Origin: Pseudomonadota bacterium
GTDB taxonomy: Bacteria > Pseudomonadota > Alphaproteobacteria > Rhodobacterales > Rhodobacteraceae
Reading direction: 5' to 3'
DNA length: 64,000 nt
NCBI GenBank assembly: GCA_039822785.1
Contig: JBCBMO010000006.1
Coordinates: 212,412 to 276,411, forward strand
Part shown: positions 37,110 through 46,995 of the stretch, one piece after another
Layout of the letters: every line of letters starts with the position of its first letter
Position numbering within the stretch: position 1 is the stretch's first letter
Notes under the pieces: generated by a model
What the model was told of the DNA's origin: nothing
The model's database searches: none
Seen by the model: the letters and a program-made list of their open reading frames with translations, nothing else
Translations under genes and position numbers: made by a program

Positions 37110-37670
37110 ATGTTCCTCCTTATCCTCGGCCTCGCGCTCTTTGCGGCGCTGCACTTGCCCAAGCCCATGGCCCTGCCCCAACGCGCCGCCCTGGTGGAGA
37201 AGATCGGGGATGGCGGCGTCAAAGGGGTCTTCGCCCTCAGCCTCGTGCTCTCGGTCGTGCTGATGACGATCGGCTACCAGAGCGCCACCTTCGTGAATGT
37301 CTGGTTCCCGCCCACCTTCTTCACCGGCATCAACAACCTGCTGATGATCTTCGCCATCGGGATCTTCATCGCCGGCGGCATCCCCGGCCATGTGCGCCAC
37401 TGGATCCGCCACCCCCAGTTGGTGGGCTTCAAGCTCTGGGCCGTGGCGCATCTGCTGGTGAACGGGGATCTGGCCTCGATCATCCTCTTTGGCGGCCTGC
37501 TCGCCTGGGCGGTCGTCACGCTGATCATGATCAACAAGCGCGACGGCAAGGGCCCGAAACCCGCGCCGCAGGGGCTGATGCCGAACCTCATCCACGGCGG
37601 CGTGACGGTCGTCGCCTTCCTCGGCGCCACCGCCGCGCACAACTGGCTGGGAGTATACCCCTTTGGCTGA
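37110..37670 (+). CDS. nnrU: NnrU-family membrane protein
   Basis: LILGLALFAALH, IRHPQLVGFKLWAVAHLLVNGDLAS and HNWLGVYPFG. Confidence 0.85.
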   Translation: MFLLILGLALFAALHLPKPMALPQRAALVEKIGDGGVKGVFALSLVLSVVLMTIGYQSATFVNVWFPPTFFTGINNLLMIFAIGIFIAGGIPGHVRHWIRHPQLVGFKLWAVAHLLVNGDLASIILFGGLLAWAVVTLIMINKRDGKGPKPAPQGLMPNLIHGGVTVVAFLGATAAHNWLGVYPFG

Positions 37671-38724
37671 GGCCGCCGCCGAAACCCCCACCAAGACGGA
37701 TCCAGGCCGGTTCTTCGAGGACTATGGCCTGGGCGAGACCCTGATCCATGCCACGCCGCGCACCGTCACGGCGGCGGAGCGGGCCTTGGCCACCGCGCTC
37801 TATCCCAACCGCTTCGCCATCGACAGCGCCGATACCTTCGCCCAGGCCTGCGGGCTGAAGGCGAGCCCGATCGATCCGCTCACGGTCTTCCACGTCGTCT
37901 TCGGCAAGACCGTGCCCGATGTGTCGATCAATGCCATCGCGAACCTCGGCTACGCGGAGGGGCGCTTTCTTGCGCCCGTCTGGCCCGGCGATACGCTCTC
38001 GGCGCGCTCCGAGGTGATCGGCCTGCGCCAGACCGGCAAGGGCGACAGCGGTATCGTCTGGGTGCGCACCACCGGCACGAACCAGCACGGCGAGGCGGTC
38101 CTGACTTACGTCCGCTGGGTCCTGGTCAAGAAGCGCGACGCCGCCGCCCCGGCGCCCGAGACCGTGGTGCCGGCGCTCGCCGAAGCCGTGGCACCGGCCG
38201 ATCTCGCCCTGCCCCCCGGCCTGAATTTTCACGACTACGACACGGCCGCCGCCGGCAGCCCGCACCGCTGGGGCGACTACGCGGTCGGCGAAAGGATCGA
38301 CCACGTCGACGGCGCGATGATCGAGGAGGCCGAGCACATGATGGCCACGCGCCTGTGGCAGAACACCGCCAAGGTGCATTTCGATCCCGCCGCCCGCGGC
38401 GGCCAGCCCCGGCTCATCTACGGCGGCCATGTCATCTCGCTCGCCCGAGGGCTGTCGGTGAACGGTCTGGCCAATGCGCAGCTCATCGCGGGGATCAACG
38501 CGGGCACCCACGCAGCACCCTGCTTTGCCGGCGACACCGTCTATGCCTGGTCCGAAGTGCTCGACAGCGCGGAGACGCCCGAGCCCAGCGTTGGCGCCCT
38601 GCGCCTGCGCCTGGTCGCGGTCAAGAACACCCCGGCCACGGGTTTCCTGCATCGCGGCGCGGATGGAAAGCATCACGCGAGCGTGATCCTGGACCTCGAC
38701 TACTGGGCCCTGGTGCCGCGATAG
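37663..38724 (+). CDS. mch: Mesaconyl-CoA hydratase (double MaoC domain, ethylmalonyl-CoA pathway)
   Basis: GRFFEDY, VFGKTVPDVSINAIANLGYAEGRF, MATRLWQNTAKVHFD, YGGHVISLAR and LDLDYWALVPR. Confidence 0.9.
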   Translation: MAEAAAETPTKTDPGRFFEDYGLGETLIHATPRTVTAAERALATALYPNRFAIDSADTFAQACGLKASPIDPLTVFHVVFGKTVPDVSINAIANLGYAEGRFLAPVWPGDTLSARSEVIGLRQTGKGDSGIVWVRTTGTNQHGEAVLTYVRWVLVKKRDAAAPAPETVVPALAEAVAPADLALPPGLNFHDYDTAAAGSPHRWGDYAVGERIDHVDGAMIEEAEHMMATRLWQNTAKVHFDPAARGGQPRLIYGGHVISLARGLSVNGLANAQLIAGINAGTHAAPCFAGDTVYAWSEVLDSAETPEPSVGALRLRLVAVKNTPATGFLHRGADGKHHASVILDLDYWALVPR

Positions 38725-38732
38725 TCGGCACG

Positions 38733-39683
38733 ATGGACGTCCTCGACAGCATTCTCGACACCCTTGCGCTGCGCGGCGTCGTCTATTTTCGCAGCGATTT
38801 CAGCGGGCCCTGGGCCGTGCGGGTCCCCCCGCTGGTCCCGGCGGCCCGGTTCCACCTGGTGCTGCAGGGCAGTTGCCATATCGAGATCGAGGATGGCCCC
38901 AGTCTGACGCTCGGCCCGGGCGACATGGTGCTGGTCCCGCGCGGGCGAAGCCACATGCTGGCCGATCGGCCGGGCCGACGCGCGGCGCCGCTCGAGACGG
39001 TGCTGCAGGAGGCGGGCTTCACCGGGCGCGGCACACTGACCATCGGCAAGGGCGACCCGGAGGCTGCGACGCGGACCTTTTGCGGCCATTTCGCCTTTCG
39101 CCCCATGGCCGCCCATCCGCTGATCGATGCGCTGCCCCCCTGCATCCTGATCACCGCAGAGCAGCGGCGCCGCCACCCCTGGCTCGACGCGGTGCTCGAC
39201 CTGCTCGGCCAGCGCGCCCTCTCGGCCGACGCAGGGGCCGAGGCCACGCTCATTCGCCTGTCCGAGGTCGTCTTTCTCGAAACCCTGCGCGCCGGCGTGT
39301 CCGCCGATCCCGCTCTCTCGGCGCTCGTCTCGGGCCTGGCCGATCCGCAGGTGGGCCGGGCCGTCGCCGCGATCCACGCCGATCCCGCCGCCGGGTGGAG
39401 CGTCGCCAGCCTGGTGGTGGAGGCCGGGATGTCCCGCAGCGTCTTCGCCGAACGCTTTGCCGAGGTGATCGGGCAGCCGCCCATGACCTATCTGGCCGAA
39501 TGGCGGATGCAGCGCGCGCTCGCCCTGCTCGAGGACCGGCGCCTCGGCGTCCAGCAGGTGGCGGCGGGCGTCGGCTATGCCTCTGCCGCCGCCTTCAGCC
39601 GCGCCTTCGCTGGGCGCTTCGGCCTCTCCCCCAGCGCCTACCGCCAGGGGCCGGACGATGCCGACCTAGGCGAGGTGGGCTAA
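38733..39683 (+). CDS. AraC-family regulator with cupin_6 N-terminal domain
   Basis: MDVLDSILDTL, FHLVLQGSC, GDMVLVPRGRSH, AGMSRSVFAERF, YLAEWRM and VGYASAAAFSRAF. ATG at 38733. Confidence 0.92.
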   Translation: MDVLDSILDTLALRGVVYFRSDFSGPWAVRVPPLVPAARFHLVLQGSCHIEIEDGPSLTLGPGDMVLVPRGRSHMLADRPGRRAAPLETVLQEAGFTGRGTLTIGKGDPEAATRTFCGHFAFRPMAAHPLIDALPPCILITAEQRRRHPWLDAVLDLLGQRALSADAGAEATLIRLSEVVFLETLRAGVSADPALSALVSGLADPQVGRAVAAIHADPAAGWSVASLVVEAGMSRSVFAERFAEVIGQPPMTYLAEWRMQRALALLEDRRLGVQQVAAGVGYASAAAFSRAFAGRFGLSPSAYRQGPDDADLGEVG

Positions 39684-39817
39684 GCCGCACCCTCCGTCCG
39701 CCAGAGATTGCAGCGCGTCCGAGGTTTCAACCCCGGCGGTTCGCTGCCGTGGGCAGCGCGTCACTCTGCAAACGCCGCTCCCTGCCGGGCGGCCATCCGA
39801 GAAGGAAGGGATCTCCC

Positions 39818-40306
39818 ATGCTGAAATCGACCGTCCTCGCTTCCATTGTCACTGCCGCCCTGGTCGTCGCCCCGCTCGCTGCGGCCCTGGCGGCGGACGA
39901 GTACAACGTCTCCTCAGGCCTCACCGCAGCCGGTGCGCCGCTCGGCCTGCACGGCGTCGACACCGTCGCCCTGTCCAAGACCGCGACGCCCGCCGATGGC
40001 GCTGCGGCGCATACCGCGGTGCATGACGGCGTCGCCTATTACTTCGCCGAAGCGGCCTCCAAGGCCGCGTTCCAGGCGGATCCGGCGGCCTTCCTGCCGC
40101 AGAACGGCGGGTTCTGTACCTTCGGTGTCTCCAAGGGCAAGAAGTTCGACGGCGACCCGGATTTCGCCGCCGTGGTCGACGGCAAGCTCTACGTGTTCCT
40201 GAACGCGGAGGTCTTCGCCGCCTTCGAGGCGGACCGCGAAGGGACCATCGCCAAGGCCGCGGCGAACTGGCCCTCCATCCGCAGCGTGCCCGCCGGCGAT
40301 CTCTGA
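39818..40306 (+). CDS. Secreted YHS-domain protein
   Basis: GAAGGAAGG RBS, signal peptide, GLHGVDTV, YYFAE, FLPQNGGFCTFG, VVDGKLYVF and AAANWP. Confidence 0.88.
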   Translation: MLKSTVLASIVTAALVVAPLAAALAADEYNVSSGLTAAGAPLGLHGVDTVALSKTATPADGAAAHTAVHDGVAYYFAEAASKAAFQADPAAFLPQNGGFCTFGVSKGKKFDGDPDFAAVVDGKLYVFLNAEVFAAFEADREGTIAKAAANWPSIRSVPAGDL

Positions 40307-40401
40307 GGGCGCGGCCCCTAGGGGGCGGCCCTTGGGGGGGGCAGCCGGGCGGGTCGGCGTTCCGCGCGCGCCAGCGGGCGGGACCAGACCCGTCGGCCGC
40401 C

Positions 40402-41145
40402 TCACCGCATCGCCGTGGCGAGCATGCCCTTCGGCGCGGGCTTCGCATCCGCCGCATCATCCTTGGGCGGAGCCAGGTGGCGCAGATACCGCCGCTCGAT
40501 CAGCCGGAACACGCCGACCAGGGCGAAGGTGATCACCATGTAAAGCAGCGCCGCCGCAATCAGCCCCTCATAGACCACATAGTAGCGCGCGTTCAGCCAG
40601 CGCCCGGCGCCCAGAATGTCTTGGATCGTGATCACGCTCGCCACCACCGAGCCGTGCAGCATGAACACCGTCTCGTTGCCGTACTGCGGCAGGGCGCGGC
40701 GCAGGGACGAGGGCAGGAGCACCATCCAGGTCACCAGGCGCTCGCTCAAGCCCAGCGCCTTGCCCCCCTCGATCTCGCCGCGCGGCGTCGTGGCGAAGGC
40801 CCCGCGCAGGATCTCCGCCTGATAGGCCGCCGAATTGAGCGAAAAGGCGATGAGCGCGCACCACCAGGCCTCTCGCAGGATGAGCCACCAGGGCCCGCCG
40901 CGCACCCACTCGAACTGGCTGAGGCCATAGTAGATGAGGTAGGTCTGCACCAGGAGCGGCGTACCCCGGAAGACATAGACGAAGCCGCGTGCAAAGGGCG
41001 CCGCCCTGCTGCCGCGGTACATCGCCAGCGCCATGGGCAGGGCCAGCAGAAACCCGATCGCCAGCGCCAGCGCCGTCAGATGCAGCGAGATCCAGACCCC
41101 TTCGATGAACTTATCCCAGTTCTCCAGGACCAGATGCCACTTCAT
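40402..41145 (-). CDS. Polar amino-acid ABC transporter permease (HisM/ArtM type)
   Basis: FRGTPLLVQ, LNSAAYQAEILRG and EGGKALG. Confidence 0.92.
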   Translation of the reverse strand: MKWHLVLENWDKFIEGVWISLHLTALALAIGFLLALPMALAMYRGSRAAPFARGFVYVFRGTPLLVQTYLIYYGLSQFEWVRGGPWWLILREAWWCALIAFSLNSAAYQAEILRGAFATTPRGEIEGGKALGLSERLVTWMVLLPSSLRRALPQYGNETVFMLHGSVVASVITIQDILGAGRWLNARYYVVYEGLIAAALLYMVITFALVGVFRLIERRYLRHLAPPKDDAADAKPAPKGMLATAMR

Positions 41146-41825
41146 CGTACCATCCCCCGATTGGCCCGCTTTTCGGCCCGCGCAAACAGGAACTCAGACA
41201 CCGCGGTGATCGCGAGATAGACCAGCAGGACCGCGAGGAAGAAGGTGAAGGTCTGCCGGGTCGATTTGCCGGCCTTATCGGCGATGCCCACCAGATCGGC
41301 GAGCCCGATCACCGACACCACGGCGGTGGATTTGACCAGCACCATCCAGACGTTGGCATAGCCGGACAGCGCGAACCGCACGAGCTGCGGGATCTGCACG
41401 TTCCACAGGATCGCCCCGCGCGACAGGCCCAGGGCGAAACCGGCCTCTCTCTGGCCCTTCGGCACCGACTGATAGGCGCCGCGAAAGGTCTCGGTGAGGT
41501 AGGCGCCGTAGATGAAGCCAATGGCGAAGACCCCCGCCCAAAAGGCCGAGATTTCAATGTACTCGAAGCCCAGCGCCCCGCCGACGGTGTTCACTAGGCG
41601 CTGACCGCCAAAATAGATGAGCAGGATGAGCACCAAGTCAGGCACGCCACGCACCAGGGTGGTGTAGCCGCGCGCCGTCCAGTCCGCCGCCAACATGCCT
41701 GACAATTTCGCCGCCGCGCCAAGGGCACCGAGTGCGGTCGCAAGCGCCAGTGAGAGCACGGCGAGCGCCACCGTGACGCCCGTGCCCTCGGCAAGCAGAG
41801 GCGCGTACTCGATCAGCGCCTGCAT
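41142..41825 (-). CDS. Polar amino-acid ABC transporter permease (HisQ/ArtQ type)
   Basis: YTTLVRGVPDLV, GAYLTETFRGA, VPKGQREAG and VLVKSTAVVSVIG. Confidence 0.92.
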   Translation of the reverse strand: MQALIEYAPLLAEGTGVTVALAVLSLALATALGALGAAAKLSGMLAADWTARGYTTLVRGVPDLVLILLIYFGGQRLVNTVGGALGFEYIEISAFWAGVFAIGFIYGAYLTETFRGAYQSVPKGQREAGFALGLSRGAILWNVQIPQLVRFALSGYANVWMVLVKSTAVVSVIGLADLVGIADKAGKSTRQTFTFFLAVLLVYLAITAVSEFLFARAEKRANRGMVR

Positions 41826-41889
41826 TGCCGCGCCTCCCCACAGGGCCCACGCCGATCAGATCGGCGCGGGCATAGTTCGAGCCGGGGGA

Positions 41890-42651
41890 TCAGACGCCCG
41901 AGCCGTAGATATCGAAGTCGAAGTACTTCGCCTGGATCTTCTGATACTCGCCGCTGGCGCGGATGGCCTCAATCGCCGCCGACAGGGCGTCGCGCAGTTC
42001 CTCCTCACCCTGGCGCACGCCGATGCCCGCGCCCTCCCCGTGGTACTTCGGGATCGAGAAGGGTTCGCCGAAGAACGCGAAGTCCTTGCCGTCTTCGGTA
42101 CGGAGGAAGCCGTAATCCATGACGACCGAGTCAGCCATGATCGCATCCACCCGGCCCGCGACGAGGTCCAGATAGGCCTCATCCTGCGTGCCGTAGAGCC
42201 GTAGCTCGACGTCGGGGAATTCGCCCTCCATGAACTGCTGGTGGGTGGTCGCGCGCTGCACGCCCACGACCTTGTCGGCCAGCGACTCTGCCGTGCTGTC
42301 GAGCCCGGCATCGGCCCGGGCAAGGAAGCTCGCCGGCGTCTGGTAGTACTTTTCCGAAAAGTCGATGACCTGCTTGCGCTCCTCAGTGATCGACATGGAC
42401 GCGATGATCGCGTCGCACTTACCTTCGAGCAGCGCGGGGATGATGCCGTCCCACTCGGTCGGAACGATCTCACAGCTCTTGCCCATCTCGGTGCAGAGCG
42501 CGTTGGCGATATCGATGTCGAAGCCGATCACGTCGCCCGCGGGCGTGGTCTCGGAGAACGGCGGATAGGCTCCCTCAACGCAGATGTCGACGTCGGCGGC
42601 AAGCGCCGGCGTGGCGGCGATGCACAGGATGGCGGCAAGCGTGCGCTTCAT
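41890..42651 (-). CDS. Polar amino-acid ABC transporter substrate-binding protein (family 3, ArgT/HisJ type)
   Basis: Signal peptide MKRTLAAILCIAATPALA, EGAYPPF, GFDIDIA, EWDGIIPALL, ITEERK and GVQRATTH. Confidence 0.93.
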   Translation of the reverse strand: MKRTLAAILCIAATPALAADVDICVEGAYPPFSETTPAGDVIGFDIDIANALCTEMGKSCEIVPTEWDGIIPALLEGKCDAIIASMSITEERKQVIDFSEKYYQTPASFLARADAGLDSTAESLADKVVGVQRATTHQQFMEGEFPDVELRLYGTQDEAYLDLVAGRVDAIMADSVVMDYGFLRTEDGKDFAFFGEPFSIPKYHGEGAGIGVRQGEEELRDALSAAIEAIRASGEYQKIQAKYFDFDIYGSGV

Positions 42652-42726
42652 GCCCAGATATCTCCCAGTTGCCATGATCACTGCGTGCAATTCAGACAGC
42701 CCCCAAGGCCCCCCGTCAACATCCAG

Positions 42727-42764
42727 CGGTCGTCTCGGCGCAGCCTTGCGCGCCGGGACGACCG
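42727..42764. terminator. 15-bp hairpin between the SDR gene end and the ABC binding-protein promoter
   Basis: CGGTCGTCTCGGCGC-N8-GCGCCGGGACGACCG, with one wobble pair. Confidence 0.45.
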
Positions 42765-42787
42765 GTTATTAAGGGGCGAAGATCGCC

Positions 42788-43546
42788 TCAGACGTTCATG
42801 TAGCCACCGTCGACCACCACGTCGGAGCCTGCCATGTAGCTGCTGTCGTCGCTGGCGAGGAAGACGGCGGCCCGCGCGATCTCCTCCGGCGCCCCCTCAC
42901 GGCGCAGCGGCGATGCCTCGATCACCGAGCGAATGAAGGCCTCCGAGGCCTCGTCGACCATCCCTGCACGTTCCTGGAACCCAGTCCGCACGACGCCGGG
43001 ACTTAGCGCATTCACGCGAATGCCCTGCGGGCCAAGTTCCGCGGCGAGACTGCGCGCGAAGGAGCGCACGGCTGCCTTGGTTGCGAAGTAGAGACTGGCG
43101 CCCGGCGCGCCCTTGGCGTTCACGCCGGAGGCGATGAGCACGATGCTGCCGCCCGCCCCGATCAGCGGGAGCAGTGCCTGAACCGAGAAGAAGACGCCCT
43201 TCACGTTGATGTCGAATTGGCGATCGAACGCTGCCGGCGTGACGTCGGCGATCGGCGCAAAGACCCCGATCCCGGCGTTCGCGACGAGGACATCGAGGCC
43301 GCCCCAACGCCGCCGCACATGCTCGGCCAGCGCGCCGAGTTGGGCGTGGTCGCGGACGTCGGCGACGACGCCTTCGGCGCCGATCTCGGCAGCGGCCGCA
43401 GCGGTCCGCTCGGGGTTGGAGCCGGTGATGATCACCTCGGCGCCCTCGGCGATGTAGCGGCGCGCCATCTCGAGGCCGAGGCCGCTGGTCCCGCCCGTGA
43501 TCACGGCACGCTTGCCGGCAAGGCGGAGAGTGTTCAGGTCGGTCAT
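42788..43546 (-). CDS. Short-chain dehydrogenase/reductase
   Basis: TGGTSGLG, LVANAG, YFATK catalytic YxxxK, RVNALSPG and GSDVVVDGG. Confidence 0.93.
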   Translation of the reverse strand: MTDLNTLRLAGKRAVITGGTSGLGLEMARRYIAEGAEVIITGSNPERTAAAAAEIGAEGVVADVRDHAQLGALAEHVRRRWGGLDVLVANAGIGVFAPIADVTPAAFDRQFDINVKGVFFSVQALLPLIGAGGSIVLIASGVNAKGAPGASLYFATKAAVRSFARSLAAELGPQGIRVNALSPGVVRTGFQERAGMVDEASEAFIRSVIEASPLRREGAPEEIARAAVFLASDDSSYMAGSDVVVDGGYMNV

Positions 43547-43611
43547 GGGTCTTTCTCCTGTGCGCAGGCGCCAGCCCGTCGCCGGCGCCGTTGCGGAGAA
43601 CCTGCTCATCT

Positions 43612-43643
43612 TTGACTGATCATTCAATTGACTGATCAGTCAA
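43612..43643. promoter_or_regulatory. Tandem palindromic TetR-type operators
   Basis: TTGACTGATCATTCAA (43612-43627, one mismatch) abutting the perfect palindrome TTGACTGATCAGTCAA (43628-43643), between the divergent SDR and TetR genes. Confidence 0.75.
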
Positions 43644-43683
43644 AGATTATTACCCCACCGGCAACGCGCACGGGGAGCATGGC

Positions 43684-44259
43684 ATGGCCGGAAAAAAGGG
43701 TTTCGTGACGGACGGAGCGGTCGCGGCGCTGATGCACGTGTTCTGGGAGAAGGGCTATGAGGGCACTTCGATCGCCGACCTCGAGGCGGCGACAGGACTG
43801 AAACGCGGCAGCCTCTACAACGCCTTCGGTGGGAAGGAGGCGATGTTCGCGATCGCCTTCTCCCGCTACGCCCAGCAGGTCGAGGAAGCCAACCTCTCCC
43901 AGCTGGACACCGTGCCGCTGGCCGAAGGTGTGGCGGCCTACCTTCGGTTTTTGATCGAGGGGGCGGGGGAAGATCATCCGCCGGGTTGCCTCATCAGCCG
44001 CAGCGCGGCGGAACTGGCGTCCAAGGACGGCGACCTCGGCGCCCTGGTCCGCGACAGGCTCAAGACCACAGCCATGGCACTGCAGCGCCGCTTCGAACGG
44101 GCAGCCGCTGCCGGAGAGCTGCCGGAGGGCGCCGATCCCGCCCTGCTGGCGCAGACGCTGGCCGCGGGGACCCGCGGGCTCAGCCTCATGGCCGGCGCCG
44201 GCCAGCCGCAGGCCGCATGGGCCCTTGCCACGTCTCTCAAACGCCTGGTCCTCGGCTGA
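43684..44259 (+). CDS. TetR/AcrR-family regulator (NemR/ComR-like)
   Basis: FWEKGYEGTSIADLEAATGLKRGSLYNAFGGKE and PGCLI. Confidence 0.93.
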   Translation: MAGKKGFVTDGAVAALMHVFWEKGYEGTSIADLEAATGLKRGSLYNAFGGKEAMFAIAFSRYAQQVEEANLSQLDTVPLAEGVAAYLRFLIEGAGEDHPPGCLISRSAAELASKDGDLGALVRDRLKTTAMALQRRFERAAAAGELPEGADPALLAQTLAAGTRGLSLMAGAGQPQAAWALATSLKRLVLG

Positions 44260-44389
44260 TCCGGCCCTCAGGTCACACCCGCGATCGCCGATACGTGTGC
44301 ACGTGCGTCAAATGTGGGGATGGCGGGCCCCTGGGCTGCGGGTCTACCTAAACGAAAGGAAATTGCCGTCGATTTTGGGAGGGCCTTCC

Positions 44390-44773
44390 ATGGCCGACGT
44401 GAACCGGGGCAACCGCCCTCTCTCGCCGCATCTGCAGATCTACAAACCGCAGCTTCACAGCGCGATGTCGATCTTCTTTCGCATCACCGGGGTCGGCCTG
44501 GCCGTCGGCGGCCTGGCGATGGTCTGGTGGTTCCTCGCCGCCGCCACGGGGCCCGAGTACTTCGCCACCGTGGACGGGATCGTGACCAGCTTCCTGGGCG
44601 ATCTGGTGATGTTCGGCTCGCTCGCGGCGCTGATCTATCACACGCTGAACGGCATTCGGCACCTGTGGTGGGACTTCGGCTACGGCTTCGAGCTGGAGAA
44701 AGTGCGCCAGTCGGGCTTCGTCGTCCTCGGCGCCACCGCCGCCTGCACGCTTCTCGTCGCCGTCATCGCCTGA
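44390..44773 (+). CDS. sdhC: Succinate dehydrogenase cytochrome b556 subunit
   Basis: NRPLSPHLQIYK, SIFFRITG and YHTLNGIRHLWWD. Confidence 0.96.
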   Translation: MADVNRGNRPLSPHLQIYKPQLHSAMSIFFRITGVGLAVGGLAMVWWFLAAATGPEYFATVDGIVTSFLGDLVMFGSLAALIYHTLNGIRHLWWDFGYGFELEKVRQSGFVVLGATAACTLLVAVIA

Positions 44774-44784
44774 GGGAGGGCCCC

Positions 44785-45165
44785 ATGAGCTTTCGCACCC
44801 CCCGCGCCCGCGCCGCCTGGCTGGGTACTGCCCATGGCGGCACGCACCACTGGACGCAGATCAACCTCACCGGGATCCTGCTGGTGCCGCTGACCGTCCT
44901 CTTCATCTTCCCCTTCGCCGGCGCGCTGGGGTCGAGCCATGAGGAGGTGCTGGAGATCTACCGCAGCCCCTTCAACGCCATCGTCGCCGCATTGTTCATC
45001 GGTGTGGCGTTTCACCACCTCTATCAAGGGCTGCAGGTGGTGATCGAGGACTATGTTCATCACAAGGGCTGGCTGGTCGGCGCGCTGGTCGCCAATGCGC
45101 TGGTCTGCGGCGCAGCCGGTTTCGCCGGGGTCTTCTCGGTGCTGAAGATCGCCTTCAAGGCCTGA
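44785..45165 (+). CDS. sdhD: Succinate dehydrogenase membrane anchor
   Basis: MSFRTP, GTAHGGTHHW and HLYQGLQVVIEDYVH. Confidence 0.95.
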   Translation: MSFRTPRARAAWLGTAHGGTHHWTQINLTGILLVPLTVLFIFPFAGALGSSHEEVLEIYRSPFNAIVAALFIGVAFHHLYQGLQVVIEDYVHHKGWLVGALVANALVCGAAGFAGVFSVLKIAFKA

Positions 45166-45186
45166 TCGAGACGAGGAAAAGACGGA

Positions 45187-46995
45187 ATGTCCGCATATAC
45201 TTACGTCGATCATAAATACGATGTCGTCGTGGTCGGAGCCGGGGGCGCCGGCTTGCGCGCGACGCTCGGCATGGCCGAGCAGGGGCTCAAGACGGCGTGC
45301 ATCACCAAGGTTTTTCCCACCCGCTCGCACACGGTCGCCGCACAGGGCGGGATCGCAGCCAGCCTGGGGAACATGGGGCCGGATAACTGGCAGTGGCACA
45401 TGTACGACACCGTGAAGGGGTCGGACTGGCTCGGCGATGCCGACGCGATGGAGTATCTGGCGCGCGAGGCGCCCAAGGCCGTCTACGAGCTTGAGCACTA
45501 CGGCGTGCCGTTCTCGCGCACCGAGGAGGGCAAGATCTACCAGCGCCCCTTCGGCGGCCATACCACCCAATACGGTGAGGGCCCGCCGGTGCAGCGCACC
45601 TGTGCCGCGGCCGACCGTACGGGCCACGCGATCCTGCACACCCTCTATGGCCAGTCGCTGAAGAACAACGCGGAGTTCTTCATCGAGTATTTCGCCACCG
45701 ATCTGCTGATGTCCGACGACGGAGAGTGCCAGGGCTGCATCGCCTGGAACCTGGACGACGGCACGATCCACCGCTTCGCCGCCAAGATGGTCGTGCTGGC
45801 CACAGGCGGCTACGGGCGGGCCTATTTCTCCGCCACCTCCGCCCACACCTGCACCGGCGACGGCGGGGGCATGGTCGCCCGCGCGGGCCTGCCGCTGCAG
45901 GATATGGAGTTCGTGCAGTTCCACCCCACCGGCATCTACGGCGCAGGCTGCCTGATCACCGAGGGCGCGCGCGGCGAGGGCGGCTATCTGACCAACTCCG
46001 AGGGCGAGCGCTTCATGGAGCGCTATGCACCGACCTACAAGGACCTCGCCTCCCGCGATGTGGTCAGCCGCTGCATGACCATGGAGATCCGCGACGGTCG
46101 CGGCGTGGGCAAGGAGAAGGATCACATCTTCCTTCACCTCAACCACCTGCCGCCCGAGACGCTGAAGGAGCGCCTGCCGGGGATCTCGGAGTCGGCGCGC
46201 ATCTTCGCCGGCGTCGACGTCACCAAGGAGCCGATCCCGGTGCTGCCGACCGTGCACTACAACATGGGCGGCATCCCCACGAACTATTGGGGCGAGGTGC
46301 TGAAGCCCACCGCCGACAACCCGGATGGCATCGTCCCCGGCCTGATGGCCGTGGGCGAGGCGGGCTGCGCCAGCGTGCATGGGGCAAACCGCCTCGGCTC
46401 TAACTCCCTCATCGATCTCGTGGTGTTCGGCCGTGCCGCCGCAATCAAGGCGGGCAAGACGGTCGATCGCGACAGCGCCGTGCCGGAGATCTCGGAGCGC
46501 GAGAGCGACAAGCACATGGACCGCTTTGACAGCCTGCGCCACGCCAAGGGCGCGACCGGCACGGCCTCGCTCCGTCTCAGCCTGCAGCGCGCGATGCAGG
46601 AGGACGCGGCCGTCTTCCGAACCGCCGAGACGCTCCAATCGGGCTGCGCGCGGGTCGCCAAGGTCAACAGCCTGTTCGACGACGTGAGCGTCACGGACCG
46701 CTCGATGATCTGGAACTCCGACCTGATGGAGACGCTGGAGTTCTCGAACCTGCTGCCGAATGCGCTGGCCACCGTCTACTCGGCCGAGGCGCGCAAGGAG
46801 AGCCGCGGCGCCCATGCGCGCGAGGACTTCACCGAGCGTGACGACGTGAACTGGCGCGAGCACTCGCTCGCCTGGCTCGACGAGCATGGCAACGTCACCC
46901 TCGGTCTGCGCCCGGTGCACACCGATCCGCTGACCGGGGAGAACGCGGGCGGCATCCCGCTGGCCAGGATCGCGCCCAAGGCACGCGTCTACTGA
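45187..46995 (+). CDS. sdhA: Succinate dehydrogenase flavoprotein
   Basis: [31 protein letters not shown] and [11 protein letters not shown]. Confidence 0.99.
   Translation: MSAYTYVDHKYDVVVVGAGGAGLRATLGMAEQGLKTACITKVFPTRSHTVAAQGGIAASLGNMGPDNWQWHMYDTVKGSDWLGDADAMEYLAREAPKAVYELEHYGVPFSRTEEGKIYQRPFGGHTTQYGEGPPVQRTCAAADRTGHAILHTLYGQSLKNNAEFFIEYFATDLLMSDDGECQGCIAWNLDDGTIHRFAAKMVVLATGGYGRAYFSATSAHTCTGDGGGMVARAGLPLQDMEFVQFHPTGIYGAGCLITEGARGEGGYLTNSEGERFMERYAPTYKDLASRDVVSRCMTMEIRDGRGVGKEKDHIFLHLNHLPPETLKERLPGISESARIFAGVDVTKEPIPVLPTVHYNMGGIPTNYWGEVLKPTADNPDGIVPGLMAVGEAGCASVHGANRLGSNSLIDLVVFGRAAAIKAGKTVDRDSAVPEISERESDKHMDRFDSLRHAKGATGTASLRLSLQRAMQEDAAVFRTAETLQSGCARVAKVNSLFDDVSVTDRSMIWNSDLMETLEFSNLLPNALATVYSAEARKESRGAHAREDFTERDDVNWREHSLAWLDEHGNVTLGLRPVHTDPLTGENAGGIPLARIAPKARVY

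Noticed and set aside
40105-40125. Selenocysteine in the YHS protein
   Set aside because: The GGFCTFG motif uses TGT (Cys); there is no in-frame TGA.
44680-46920. 746-aa minus-strand ORF
   Set aside because: Antisense to sdhD/sdhA.
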